NCBI RefSeq assembly: GCF_000150275.1
Contig: NW_002060944.1
Span: 7,454,735-7,518,734 of the forward strand
DNA length: 64,000 nucleotides
Reading direction: 5' to 3'
Origin: Trichoplax adhaerens
Taxonomy: Eukaryota > Animalia > Placozoa
Below are positions 16,301 through 30,099 of this stretch, piece after piece. The number at the start of each line of letters is the position of its first letter. The first letter of the stretch is position 1. The translations under genes and the position numbers were made by a program. The notes beneath the pieces are model-generated. The model ran no database searches, was not told the origin of the DNA, and worked only from the letters and a program-made list of their open reading frames with translations.

Positions 16301-19300
16301 TAATAAAGTAAAAGGTGACAGGAAGAGCAATCCTCAGTTAACACATTCGATAAGAAGTGGGGATAATTACCCTTCACCTACTGAAAATTATAACGATCGG
16401 GTTGGAAGTAGTGATAAAAATACGAAAACTATCTATAGTAACCATCCTGTGAATCCGTATGTGAAAGGGCATCCAGAAAGAACCACAAAAGTTGAATGTG
16501 ATAACAATGAAACTGATGTTGACGGATGGATGGTGGCTTCCTCAAAGAAAAAAGTGAGGCAACTATAAACTGTGTTGAGGATTTGGCTATTCTTTCCTAA
16601 TATTTAATATTACGTTATTTTTAGGGCTATAAAACTTCTCAGCCAAGTCAATTAGCTAATGTTGATAGTCAACAGTTGAAAACATTAATTGATATGGGAT
16701 TCAAGGTAGAATATCATTTTATTACTATTTTTTACAAAAAAAATTTAAATTTATTACAAAATCACTCGCAAGCAGCTACATTATACATATGATCCCAACA
16801 AAATTGGTGTTTTGATGTTGATTAAGATTTAATCTTTATATTTGTAGAGGGAGAATGCTAATGAGGCTTTAAAATTAAATCATATGGATGTAGAAGCATC
16901 AGTAGGTAAATGAGAATACTCCTAATGACAATATTAAGTGATCCTATGTAGCTAACAAAATTTTACGTAGTAATTAATCTACTGCTTAATAATTTTTAGC
17001 CTATCTGCTATCAAGAAACTATAAGGATGATAAGGAAACAGCCAGTAGCACACGTGAAGATCTTTCCTCATCTCCCACAGCCTTTGCTACGGAGATGCAG
17101 ACAGAAGTAAATAATAAAGGACATGAGCCTGTCAACGTAATATCAACAGATGACGAATCGGGAATGATTACTGAGCACCAAGAAAGCAGTGATGCAGCAG
17201 AAAATAGTAAATACGTTGGTGTTGATCCTTTAGAAGAATTAAGTAGATCTTCTGTTGATAGTTCAGCAAACGACTATGCAAATATATCGAACACGTCATC
17301 GCCTCAAATTGCGACGATCGTATCTAAACAACCTTTGAGACAGGTGCCAGTACAACAACCACAAGGACTTGTTCCTCCAGAAATATTAGCTTTATCACAA
17401 GGAGTACTGCAATTACAAAATATGCGACAGATTATATTACAACAGATCACCCAGCAGCAATCTGGAAAGGCAACATTAACTCAACAATCACAATTACATA
17501 ATTTAGTTATTGAAATACAAAGACGGCAATATACAATTATGCAATGGCAAATATCAAATCAAATACCATCGCCAATAATTCCACAAGAAAATCAGACAGG
17601 AAGTTTATTGCCTAATACAACTATGGATATGCATTTACATGAACCAGTAACGCGAGATGTATCATTAAATAACTACGCACCTAATACTAATTCTACCACT
17701 AGAAGAGATATTAGTATTAATAGTTCTGACAACGAACAATCGCAGCAATTCTATTCAAATTCAAAAACCGAATCTCGAAATTTTAGCCATGGTGTTGACG
17801 ATTATCAAAACGTTCAAAAACTAAAAGATAATACTTCATCAACCTATCTCTCAAGTCATGATCCAAATTCTCAGGATACCAACGTATTTAACTTACCGAA
17901 TATAAATAATTTATCAGGCTCAAGACCAAACCATAGCAACACAATGAATAGACGAGAAGAAAAAAACGCGTTATATTCACCATTAAATAGTAATGCAAAT
18001 AATAATAGTAATAATAATAATAATAATAATTATAATAATACAATACGTAGTCCAGCTATGGAAACTCAAATAGGAGGCTCTTCTCATCCAGAGAAATTGC
18101 CAACAAAATCGACTCGAACGTTGGATGTAAATGATATTCCAGATAATAATATTATGGACTCGTCAGAGGGATGGTATAAAGACTTATCGAACAATGTAAA
18201 CTGGACACAAACGCCACCTTTCGATGATGACAATACCAATGCAACAACAGCAACGGCCCAAAAAATGGCATCCATATTGGCTAAAGGCGAAATCCGCCCA
18301 TTTGAACCTGGTACTCCTTGGAAGCCTATTAATGAAGTTACGGAAGAATATTTTAACGCTGATATTCATACAATTAATGAAAGAACTTCAAATAATAATC
18401 TGGAATATTCTTTGAGTGACCAACGAATGCCTATGCAAGGTATTCAAAATGATATTAAAACTTCAACAATTGATAATTTGCAGCCAGGGTTGCATTCATG
18501 GATTGAAAATACGCGAACTACTGACAGTGACAACAACAACAACAAAATTGCTTCATTACCACCTGGTTTATCATCTGCCGCAAATCCGTTATCTTCCCAT
18601 ATGAGTTCAAATCAAATTGCTGCAACTACAAATACTTCTGTAAAAAGCAAGGCCCAAGAATGGTCGAGTTTTCCAGCTGTGTCTAATCTAATGTTTTCTC
18701 ATAACTTGAATAACTTAAGTTCTAATGAGAAAGATTTAGAAAATATATGGTCAAATGCTGAAGAATCGATGTTCCCCAATGATTCTAATGTTAAATTCGG
18801 TATTACTAATAATGATAATAAAAGTAAAACACAATCAGGTTGGCCATCAAGTATCACGCAAGAGTCTAGTTTTACTAAAGAATCTGTAGTTAATATTGAA
18901 AATAATAATCTCTCAAGTTGGCCGTTAGATGCTTCGCAACCATCTAATTTCTCTAGTGATTTAAATATTAAACCTAACAAAAGTAGTAGCAATAGCATCA
19001 AAAGCCAATCTGGTTGGCCTTTAGAAAATGAAAATCTATCATCAGAATTCATTTCCAAACCGAATGTTATGCCATCGTTATCGATTCTTATAAAGGGATT
19101 TAGTTCACAGGTAAGCTGCTATCTTTGTAAATTTGTAATATAATATATTATGGCTATCAAAATGTTAAGTTTGCTATACGATCATACTGTATAACTAATA
19201 ATACACAAATAATCATCATGTACAGGTTGATGAGAACTTACTCCAAGCGCTCTGCTTACAACATGGTAGAATCACCGAATTCGTATTTGACCCTCGAAAG

Positions 19301-19714
19301 CGGGCAGTATTCGTTAGCTACAGTAGCGTAGACGAGGCTGTAAGAGCTCAATCCAGATTGAACAATTGTAAGATTATGGATTCAACATTGGAAGCATCAT
19401 TTCCACTAACTAAGATTCCAGCATCAAATGAACCAATAACGCCAACAGAAAGTGGGCATTCATTACAATGGAACCACTCATCAAGTGCGAATAATAATCC
19501 TCCTGAATTAAGTAGCTCTACGAATTCAACTATGGCTATAAATAGCAATTATCGTGTTCTAAATCCTAACGGTAGCAGTCTTTTTCCCAATACAAGAAAG
19601 GAGGCGTGGTCGCATACGGATAGTAAGCCAGTTAGGACAGTTGATGACACAAAGATATTTACTCCAAGCTCATTCTTGCAAGGCAGCCCATTTTATGATC
19701 AGCAACAATATTAA
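13351..19714 (+). CDS. TNRC6: GW182/TNRC6 (gawky) homolog: K/E-rich N-terminus, UBA, Q-rich region, PAM2, W-motifs and RRM. The start codon is uncertain (13351 or 14199).
   Basis: Phase-compatible small exons between 14037 and 15889, then 16027-16553. UBA is split over 16626-16705 and 16849-16905 (QQLKTLIDMGFKGENANEALKLNHMDVEASV). The large exon 17000-19110 carries a Q-rich helix, PAM2-like EIRPFEPGTPWKP, LPPGL and S(G/S)WP motifs. The RRM SILIKGFSSQVDENLLQALCLQHGRITEF...YSSVDEAVRAQSRLNNC continues into the last exon 19226-19714 and matches the TNRC6 RRM (LxxLCxQHG). Confidence 0.9.
17990..18040 (+). repeat. (AAT)n microsatellite encoding poly-Asn within GW182
   Basis: aataataatagtaataataataataataataattataataat, in frame in ORF 17095..19143. 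Confidence 0.9.
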
Positions 19715-22061
19715 AATTCGAAATCAGTCATCAATTAATAATTTTATTTGAAAGACTTTTCTAATAAACCAGCTATTTTCATTTTAATTGTGAGGATTTG
19801 TAAATTTTGTCTTTAAATACAGCCGCATCAAACTGATTAATAGCGTATTTTTAAAATTTGACCCATTAAACTGTAGTATACTGTGTAAAATATCAGCTAT
19901 CATAGTACGTAACCCACATTATGTAACTGCATTGTATAGCAGTTTCTATGTCGTGTAGAATCACTGGACAACTTAAAATATTTCAGAATTGATGCATTTG
20001 AGTGCAACTCATTAGCTTTTTTTCAGATAAATTCATCCCTACTGGGAATATCAATTTACATTTAGTGATTTTTAATTCTACAGTATATACTTTGCTTTAT
20101 CCCAAATTTAGTTATAAGATGGATGGTGAGACTGGCAACAATTTATATGGCAATGCAATTTGGGAAGTCATCATAGCTTTAAATTTGTAACAAAAGTAGA
20201 AAGTAACTTCTCCTGATCTTATATACCTTCACCTAACTTAGTGAATATAATTCACTTTATATTTCTAAATTCTTCATAGTAAGTCTTCTTTAGCAAACAA
20301 TAGTTATCGATGGTCATTTCTAGTCAACTATGTCCTATTATCTGTATATCGACCAATAATGAAAGACAATTGCAAATGTAAAATATCACAAGAAAAGACT
20401 AACTATCTCAAACGTCGGGAATTAATCTATTAATTATAATTATAAAGTATCATGCAATCCGTTAATGGATGTTTCTTATTCACGTGGCCTGTACTGCTAG
20501 ATAATTTTCCTTCGTAATTTATGACAAACGGGGCAAACAGTAGTTACCTAATTTTATAAAACCATTTTATGTTGCAATGGCAAATGACGAATACCAAATA
20601 GCGACACTAGTCTAGACTTGATCATGTATTAAGTACTCAAGTCAAACAGTCTTAGCTTAACTTGTTAATTGTAGCCTGTACCTAACTATTCAATGATCTA
20701 CTAACCTAACAATAGATAATTTAATGCTCAATAGATGCACTAAGTATTCCATAATCATAGTACCTTTGATAACATACACCATTATATTTAGTGCCTAGAA
20801 ATGATTGACCTGTCATTAAATGTTAATTCATACATTGAAACTTTAACGATAGACAAATATAATACGAGAAAGCCGAAATTTTTTAGATTCTGATCGGCCA
20901 ATTCTAACAGAAATATATTGATTACAGTAATAACAGAACATCAACGTGGAGTATAAACGAACCACCCTTGAAACAACACCGGTTACTTTTATTCAATGCT
21001 ACCACAAAGGAGTTATAAAACTAATCAGCACACCAAACGTCAGAGAAAAAATTGCATTATGTTAATTTTGCATAGCAGCAATGAATATACTGTACATAAG
21101 TATGCTTTAATGAACACTTATAAGTGTTATAATAAAATAGTCGATACGTACAGATATGAAAATTAATTCTAAAATAGACATACGCGATATCAAGCGTGAA
21201 GATAATCAACAACAAATTTTTGTGTGAAACCCTGTCACATCTAGTGATCATAATTACAATTATTATAAATTCTTTCTTATACATTGTGCAGTAACTCTAT
21301 CCTAGTAGGCAGATGATAACTCCATAAGACAGTTCTGCATCTTGGAATTAATACAGCACTAGCTGCAGGTAATCAAACTTGTGATTAATAAATATCTTCT
21401 AAGGTGTATCAGATAACATTGATATAATTGTCTCTATGTCAAAATAAAAATTATCTCTGGATGAATTTAGCATGCATAATTTAAATAGGAAATCATCCAT
21501 ATTATACTTTAATAGTATAAGACCTGATGATTTTGTAGTCAAGTTGAGTTCTTGACAAAACACTCTAGTGATCAAGTACTTATATTCAAATCGATGATAC
21601 GGCTAACTAAAAAGAGCGTTATAACACTATTTTCAGCTACTCTTTAAGCTAATTCATTATTATCTTCATAAATGTCAATAGAATATTTGCATATAATTGA
21701 AATTTTTCAACGAAATGGTAAGTTAATAAAATCGATACTGAATTATTTTTCTTTGCTTATGTATAGGAGCAAAACTATGGGCTAACAATCACTACGCATC
21801 GGCTAAATACTATTTTAGGCATTGGTGCTTATAAATGTGAATTTACCCAAATAGGACAATCTTCTTATGGATAGATAGTATAACAAGACAGATCATCATT
21901 ATAAAATAAATTTTCGTTTATGTCAATGATAATCATATACGACTATACCAGATCCCTATGAAAAAGTTATAAAAATTGTGCTACAATCTGAGTAGTCGTA
22001 ATGTGCTATATCGCCGTATTACCCCATAAATTTGAAAGCGTTTAATTCTTGGAATTGTGAG

Positions 22062-25000
22062 TTAAGATATTGCTATTTCTGTCATTGTATTGCCCATCAA
22101 TGCAATCTTATAATCTATCATGTGAGGTAAAACGATAGTTTCCTATAAAGACATGATATCATAACAATAATTAATGTTAGACACGATACAAAATCGTTAT
22201 TAGCGTAAATATTTATCGTCGTTGCTTTAAACTAACCTTAATTTCATGGCGCAATTTTTTCTCGATCCAATCTGTAATATTTGTCAATCTAACTTTACGT
22301 TCACCAAGTTTCGGTCTAACTGACATCAATACAGTCGGATTGCCACGAAAACCGTACCTACAACAAGGTCAAATTTATTATTATCCATCGTTTAGCTTTA
22401 TATCATTTTCCATAAAATTTTTAATATCTATTTCATATTACTGTACAATTTAAAATATAAACTTGTATTGAACAACATACCGGTTATATAATAATGCATA
22501 GAGAGAGAGAGTGAGAGAGATTAAAGTAATGAAGTAATTTAATATGCAAGTATTCTACTAATACTTTTACAATCTGATCTTGCATATACTTTTCAATTTT
22601 ACTTCAACAAAACTAATGACTACGTCGAACTTTAAATCAATTTTACATACCATAAACGATCCGATGGTGGAGGAGGGATATTAAGGGCTAAAATGCCAGT
22701 TACTGATTGGATCTCGACAGCAAGAATTATTGGAATATTGGATACCCTTTCGGCAGCTTTCTGAGCTAGTCTTGAATTTGTTGCTTTTTGAACTATCTTG
22801 GATTTTCCTACTTTTTTAATAAAGCGAGACCACCGACTATTTCCGTTGTGTTGTGAACTACCAATACTTGAGGAGCTAGATTGTTTCTCTAGAGTTGGAT
22901 CATCCGCTTCATCATCAGACGATTCAGAATCAGATTTATCTAGCCCTTGCAGTGTAAAAATTAAATCATTTTTGGATGGATCAGTTTCTTTCTTAGGATC
23001 GGTTACCTCCATTTCACCATCTGGTTTTTGCCGTGTTATATTAAGACTAGTTTCTAGAGCTATAGTAAATGATCCATGATAGGAAACATCTAAATCGATC
23101 CATAATCCCCTTTCGTCCAGCGTAGGAGAAGAAGCACCACGAATAGCTGGTAATGAGCCACCAAGATCTAAATCAGTCACTATTAATTCTTTAATATAAT
23201 TAGGTCGATTTAATTTGCTAATACGGCGCTGGATTATATTCACCATTTTATCCGACCAATACTTTTCACGCCAAAAATCAAAGAACGCCCTTCCAAGTAA
23301 CGCATTTAACCACGATACTACTGACGTTTCTACCGGATTCTTACCAGCTGCGGGTTGCTGTTGCTTACTTTTAGGCTTGTTATCCACTTGTAAAATTAAT
23401 TTGGCCATATAACGCGAATAATAAATTGCTTGCATCTCGGCGAAAGTTTTTGATCGGTTGGGTTGCACATTAGGATGGCTTGGGGGATATACTTTTGGTT
23501 CTTTATCGATTGGTAGTGTCTCTTCCTTTTTACTTTCTGTACCATATTGCAGTCGATAAAACCAATATTCCTTATCATGGCTCGTGGTTGCAAATAAATA
23601 GAAAGACCTATCCTTTTCGCTGTCGATATTTGGTGAAGGATCAACAGTAGGTAGTTGGACTTTACCACTAGCCGGTTGATATTCTAAAGGACTTTTATCA
23701 ACAGCCGCAGTCGGTGCTCCTGAAAAGCTTTTCCCCTCAGCTAAAGTTATACAAATTGGGTATTTTTTACTCCATAATTTATTTTTACTTAATGTTTTTG
23801 GTATTAATTGTATCTTTGCATTGGTTATATCTAGTAATTTTTGATTCACAAAAGAGACATTCCACTTTTCAGGTTTAAAAGGTATTGTTAGATCATCACT
23901 TTGTGGCTTTGATAATCTTAGTACACTACCATCTAAACGAGCATAAATACAACGTAAATCAGTCTTGTAATGTTGATCTTGATCATATTTTCGTTTTCCG
24001 TACATCCATCCCTAAAGTTGAAAAAAAAATACAGTAATTTATGTCGTCAGATAAGGCTCGTACTATTCCATGCGATGAAGTTAAAATGAACTTTTCACTT
24101 TAATAATTTATTAATATTTTCTCCTTTGAAATCATGTCGTCATTGCATATGGATGACTTAACACTATCATGATTGCTTGTCTTTTTAAAGCGAAATACTA
24201 AGCATTAAAATTTTTTTTACGATATTAGAATATTAATACAACAACGAAAATTATGATTTCACGCGTATGGTATTTAACTCACGTTAAGCAATCAAATCTA
24301 CTATCGACTAGATTTAGTTTTGCTAATTCTACTAGAAATGATTCATTTTGGATGTATTTTGAAAAATAAATTAAACGTATTACGGTACCCATTAATACTT
24401 TAATAGAACTACTGACACTGTAATTATTTCCGAAATAAGTATAGTCTATCCAGTCATATGAAAATTAATATTCAATAACGGATTATGATTGTTAATCATT
24501 CGATTGCAACTTTGTAAATTTTTTTTTTTTTTCAATTTCTCCCTTCCTATTCTCTACATAAGTCGGTATATCGATAGATGTATGCGTATAGCCAGTCAGG
24601 CGTAGACGATGAAATATACAGAAAAAAAAGAAAAATTAACTTACCTTAACTGTGGTTAACTGTTGTAATCGTGAAATGTAACTGTAATGAAATGGTGGTG
24701 GTCGCGGTGGAGGCCGACTTGTATCTTCAGGTGAAAATGATGGTAATGATAACCAGACAAAAAAGGATAGTAAAAAGTACATGACAAAAGCTCCTGTTAA
24801 TAATCCGTGCCAAAAGGGTGATATTGGCAAAGCATAAATGCTATAGATACAAAATGATATTGCAAAGATCACTGTCGCCGATATATTGGAATGGTCGGTA
24901 TTTGATATTGCCTTTGAACGTGATTTATCAAGTAAAGTTGGTTTTTTGAATTGACCACCAAGGGATGGTGGTAAATTGGCTAGAAAGCCTGCATGGCTGG

Positions 25001-26342
25001 ATGTAGGTAACTCAGCTTTATTGATCGAAGAAGTAGGATCATTTTTTTGTAAATGGAAAGGCATATCTTTGCTATTGGAATCCATTGTAGGTAAAGAATC
25101 TTTCATTTCTTTTTGCGATTCCAATAAAGACGATAATGATACACCAACAGGGCCACTACTACGTCGTGTCGGTGGTGGCGATATACCCGATTGGCTTGAT
25201 GTAGTCGTGGATAATTGACTAGTTTTATAGTTACGAAGTCGATCGGGCGATTTTTGATATCTTAAATGATCATGATGTTGATCTTCGTTGACTCTATTTA
25301 AATTGCTACCTTCTGAAGCGGATAATGCTTTGGTTAAAGGTGGATGAATTGCTCTTGCGGTCGTTTTACGCGAATTCTTTTCAGCTTCTTGGTGGAAATA
25401 CGATTCGACAAAATTTAATTGATTGGTTTTATTCTCCACTTGATTATTATTAGGATGATTGTTGGTATTGGCTGGCGAATGATCCACATTTGCAGTTGTA
25501 GTAGTATGAGTGTTAGTAATAGTGGTAGTGGTAGTCGTTGTTCCATTAGAATCATCAATTGCTTTTAGCGGTGGCGATTGTTGTGATGGCTCATCGCAAT
25601 TTAATGGACGCTGCTGCTGCTGCTGGCGATTACTATTGTCATGGACTATATCGTCTGCTGACTTTGTAAAATGTAAAACAGGTACATAATTATTACTTTG
25701 TTCACGCTTTAAATAGCGAAAAAAAGGTTCTCGTTCATCTTTTCGACCAGTAGTTGTCGTCTGTTGATGATGATCATTAGCGCTAGTATTGGTCAATCCT
25801 TGCGATGTTGAAATTATTTTACTGGGTAAATCAGGATAACTGATTGATGATGATTGTTGTTGCATGGGATGACTGGTTAACTTGTTATCGATTTGATCTT
25901 CTCCTACAATCGTTTTCAATTCTCCTTTGATTTGTGTTGATGTGGGCAATTGAAAAATTAATTCATCCTCTTCGGATTCAGAAAATGAAGCCAACGGTGT
26001 TGCTTCAATAGAAATAGCATCACGTTTAACCGATGATGTATCATGATTGGATAGTGATTTAGGTCGATTGCGTTTCTGTTGATCGCTTGTGGAAGACATT
26101 ACTTTGTCGCTTTGTTGTTGTTGTTGAGGAAGAGAGGTATCGGAGAATAGATTTGGATGACTTTTCTCCAATTGATTTTGATTCTCTTGGTTGATTCCAT
26201 CCAATTTATAATGATCGATGATTGTTTTCTTCTCGTCTGTGTTAAGATCGCTTTTCTCCAAGGATAAATGGCGATTAGATGAAGGTGATCGAAAAGCCGG
26301 TGGTGGAGGACGCGGTGGTTTGGCACTATTTTGAAGTGACAT
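22062..26342 (-). CDS. TEX2: TEX2 (testis-expressed 2): ER membrane-contact lipid-transfer protein with TM hairpin, PH-like and SMP domains; 4 exons
   Basis: Exons 24645-26342, 22651-24011, 22237-22357 and 22062-22142 join in frame. Motifs: two TM helices (VIFAISFCIYSIYALPISPFWHGLLTGAFVMYFLLSFFVWL), LWSKKYPICI, FYLFATTSHDKEYWF, SMP WLNALLGRAFFDF...LDLG...GLWIDLDVSYHG, NIPPPPSDRLWYGF, DWIEKKL, IVLPHMID. Confidence 0.95.
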
Positions 26343-27559
26343 TTTCTCCCCTTGGTGTATTGTTGTACAGGAAGATTAACGTTTGAAAGGAATTTTTTTG
26401 TTGTTGTCTGATCCTTTCCCTTCTTTCTTTCTCTCTTCCTCTCTCTCTCCAATTTTAAAATGATACTCTCTACACCTAATCCAAGCAGCAGTGATAATCG
26501 TCTCTATTTCTTAAGTAAAAGGAGCAATGAGCAGTCGTCCACCAAACAAGGCCTGACAAAATATTGTTTTTCTTTCCGTCAATGGACTCTGTCCTCCAAT
26601 CTTATTATGTCACAACCATCTTGAAAGCAGGAAATTCACTCCCATCATACCCTAGCCCTACTCATATGGCGTTCTTCATCTTGCTCACTAGGAAAGCGAT
26701 TATAACAGCGTTGAATTGCAAAGGAACAAGAAGCAATTTGCTATTTGCACAGCCAATCTGGCAGATTACTAGGTTAAAAGTGTTGTGTGGATTAGTTAAA
26801 AGGTGGTGGCCAGCTTGCCAACCAATGCCTTCAATATGGCCCAATCGAGTGAACTTACTCAGTCAGTACTGATTATATCAGTCTAAAGCTGTAAGGATAG
26901 AATACGATTGTCGAAATGACTGAGAGGATGGGATAGCTTGGCTCAACGCCAGCCATCCAATTCAACCTATTTGACTCGTGTCGTAGGTGGGTTATGAGAC
27001 AGTGAACTCTCCTACGATAAGACTATCAACGGTATCCAATACCAGTCCACAACCCATAGTAGAATATACTTTCAACGCGTCACAACACGATCCAGTATGA
27101 GCTCGCGTCGCTTGTAGTCAAAATGGCGAAGCTAGACAAGCTGCAGACAAATCTCATATAAACTCTCTACACGATGTCGTTTAAATTGCTGGTGTATGGG
27201 CCGTAGAGAAAATAGGAAAAGAAGCCATCTAGACTTTTACCACATGGGTCTATTGGCCACGCTAACAAAGCTAAAATGGCAGCATATGGACATCGCGCAA
27301 ATCCGATAGCAACGGCTGGATGAATCATCGTTGAAAGCAAGCGCTTTATCGACTATGGCAAGCAAGACAACCGACGGAGATCCACATGTTTTCCAGTTGT
27401 TTTTCGTCCATTAACCTTTCAAAATAAGCCTACTGCTATACCATACAGTTCCTTGAGCTCAGTGACATATTCTGTCCTAGTGGATAGCTTGGTTGATGAG
27501 TTTGCAGCACCTCATCTTAGATCCTCTTTTAGGAAGGCCAGCCAATAGACGAATCGACT

Positions 27560-28875
27560 ACATCGTCTTCTACCATGACAGGAGCAACAGCGACTACCTC
27601 CTGACAGAAAACTGCTCATTTTTACAGCAAAGACGACTACCTAAACTATCGCTCATGTCAGATTATCCTGGAAGAATTTGCAACAATCAATCGTTACCAC
27701 AAGAAAATGCTCCATAGATATACAGAATATGGCATCAATACAGCATTTTCAAAATGTTGTACACGAGCACCAGCCCTGAATCAGGGCCTACCTCCTGCAT
27801 AAAACGGCTCGCTTTTACAGCAAAGACTGCTCCATAAACTATCACTTACTCATGTCAGATTAGAAGATTGCCCAGGAATAATTTACAACAATCGTTACGA
27901 GAAGAAAAATCCTGCATAGATATACAAAATATTCCATCGATACTGTACGCTGCCCAGTATACAGAATATTGCATTAGTGTAATGCATTTTCATGAAAATG
28001 CATTATTCTAGCACTAGCCCTGAATCAGGGGCTACCTCCTCACGGAAAACTGCTCACTTTTACAGCAAAGACTGCTACATAAACTATCGCTCATGTCAGA
28101 TTATAAGATTGTCCAGCAACAATCAATCGTTGCGAGAACAAATTGCTGCATAGATATACAGAATATTGCATTAATACAGTATTTTCAAAATGTATCACAG
28201 TAGCACCAGCCTTGAATCAGGGAATACAGAGAGCAAAGACTGCTAACTAAACTATTGCTCATGTCAGATTATAAGATTATCCTGAAAGAATTTGCAACAA
28301 TCAATCGTTGCGAGAACAAATTGCTCCATATATATACAGAATATTGCATTAATACAGCATTTTCAAAATGCATCACAGTAGCACCAGCCCTGAATCAGGG
28401 AATACAGAGAGCAAAGACTGCTAACTAAACTATTGCTCATGTCAGATTATAAGATTATCCTGAAAGAATTTGCAACAATCAATTGTTGCGAGAACAAAAT
28501 GCTGTATAGATATACAGAATATTGCATTAATACAGCATTTTATGCATCACAGTAGCACCAACCCTGAATCAGGGAATACAGAGAGCAAAGACTGCTAACT
28601 AAACTATTGCTCATGTCAGATTATAAGATTGTCCAGCAACAATCAATCGTTGCGAGAACAAAATGCTGCATAGATATACAAAATATTGCATTAATACAGC
28701 ATTTTCAAAATGCATCACAGTAGCACCAACCCTGAATCAGGGACTACCTCCTCACAGAAAACTACTTGTTTTTACAGCAAAGACTGCTACCTAAACTATC
28801 GCTCATGTCAGGTTATAAGGTTATCCAGGAAGGATTTGCAACAATCCATCGTTACGAGAGGAAAATGCTCCATAG
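27560..28875. repeat. Satellite-like tandem repeat, ~7 copies of a ~170-200 bp unit
   Basis: ctcatgtcag(a/g)tt recurs at ~27651, 27849, 28089, 28257, 28435, 28609 and 28801, together with ccctgaatcaggg and agcaaagactgct blocks. Confidence 0.95.
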
Positions 28876-30099
28876 TAGAAGGAAGAGTTCATTCTGTAGA
28901 CTTGCAACACAACAGCTTATGCAGAATCGATTTGGACTTGCATGATTGAACTTTCACACAAACATTTTTTGCCATGACAAAGAATCAAGCTAGCCCTACC
29001 AGATAGCATAGGTAGTGGCCCTAACTATTGAAAAATAGTATTAGAATAAATGGATACTATTTTTCATCCATGATTGCAAGGAATACTAGAGACACCATCG
29101 ACAATTCTACCTAGAGCAGTCCATGTATAATATCTACTACGTTGCAAAACGAAGTGGATGGCATCCATAGTAAATAGACTCGTACTACCCAAAGTGTACT
29201 TTGTGTCACTTACTTTTCTATGGAGAACTGCAATACAAAACCATCGGAAAGTTCAGGATTTCAGCTTAAAGTCAGTAGCTGATGACAGCCTCTCTAGCCC
29301 ATAGTAATCCAATACTCAATCCAATCTGTACAGTAGTGTATGAATTGATCATGCTCCACCGAGTTAAATCGCTCAACTCGATCCGCCATTACCATGTCCA
29401 ATCTTGGCCTGTTAAAAGATCGAATTGTGTATGGCAAAGATAGTGTAACCTATCAGAATTTACGCCAAATTAAAACTCTGTAAGTAGATGGTAGAATTTC
29501 CCCTTCAAAATCTCTTCCATACTGTACAAATGATGACTGAGTCCAGCCTAAATTGATGAAAGTGAGGCAAGAGGAACGAACGGTCTGCGTTCAAGGCTAA
29601 CCACCTTGCAAGCTAAACTTTTCATTCAAGTTGTCATCCATTCTTGTTCTAGACTACCATAGGCATCACCATACTAATGTACCTATCCAAACCAACATCA
29701 ACATAAGCATATATACTTCATCTTATTCCATCCATCATCGTTCTAGTTGTCCAGCTGCTTTGGATTGATTCATATCGTTGTACACAGTATGCTGTACAGC
29801 TAAAAATAGGGACACGATCAAGTTACTTGTATGTGTTTCGTGTACATATTAAAATGAAGGTGCAAGACTATCCACAAAGTATCCCTGATAACTCTGTGAT
29901 AACGAGAGATGAACAAATTTTAACCATCCACTTTTAAATGCACATCAATTTGTTTTATACTCTTGTAAAATGCTTCTTGCTTGTGCTGTGGAGTGCAACT
30001 GTACGCCTACAAATGTTTCCAACCATGGCTATCCACTCGTGAATTCGGTCTGCTGTCCAACATCCATTCGTCCACCTGCCCCAATCAAATGATGATAGT

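Noticed and set aside
18084-19548. Antisense and alternate-frame ORFs over GW182 (and likewise over TEX2 and the TMC exons)
   Set aside because: Shadow ORFs of low-complexity coding exons with no independent motifs or splice support.
20119-20190. MDGETGNNLYGNAIW as a displaced IRE1 luminal (PQQ-like) exon
   Set aside because: It is on the wrong strand, lacks STLDG and a phase-1 donor, and lies in probable 3' UTR.
26564-26872. 102-aa ORF upstream of TEX2 as the first exon of the CX9C gene or of an inverted IRE1
   Set aside because: No signal peptide, recognisable motif or compatible splice donor.
26900-27350. GC-richer stretch with AAAATGGC(G) motifs as an ncRNA or promoter
   Set aside because: No tRNA, snRNA or snoRNA structure was recognisable, and it cannot be distinguished from TE-terminal sequence.
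5287-28875. Repeat arrays (5.3, 9.5 and 27.6 kb) as CRISPR-like arrays
   Set aside because: Whole units are repeated with no unique spacers, there are no cas genes, and the context is eukaryotic.
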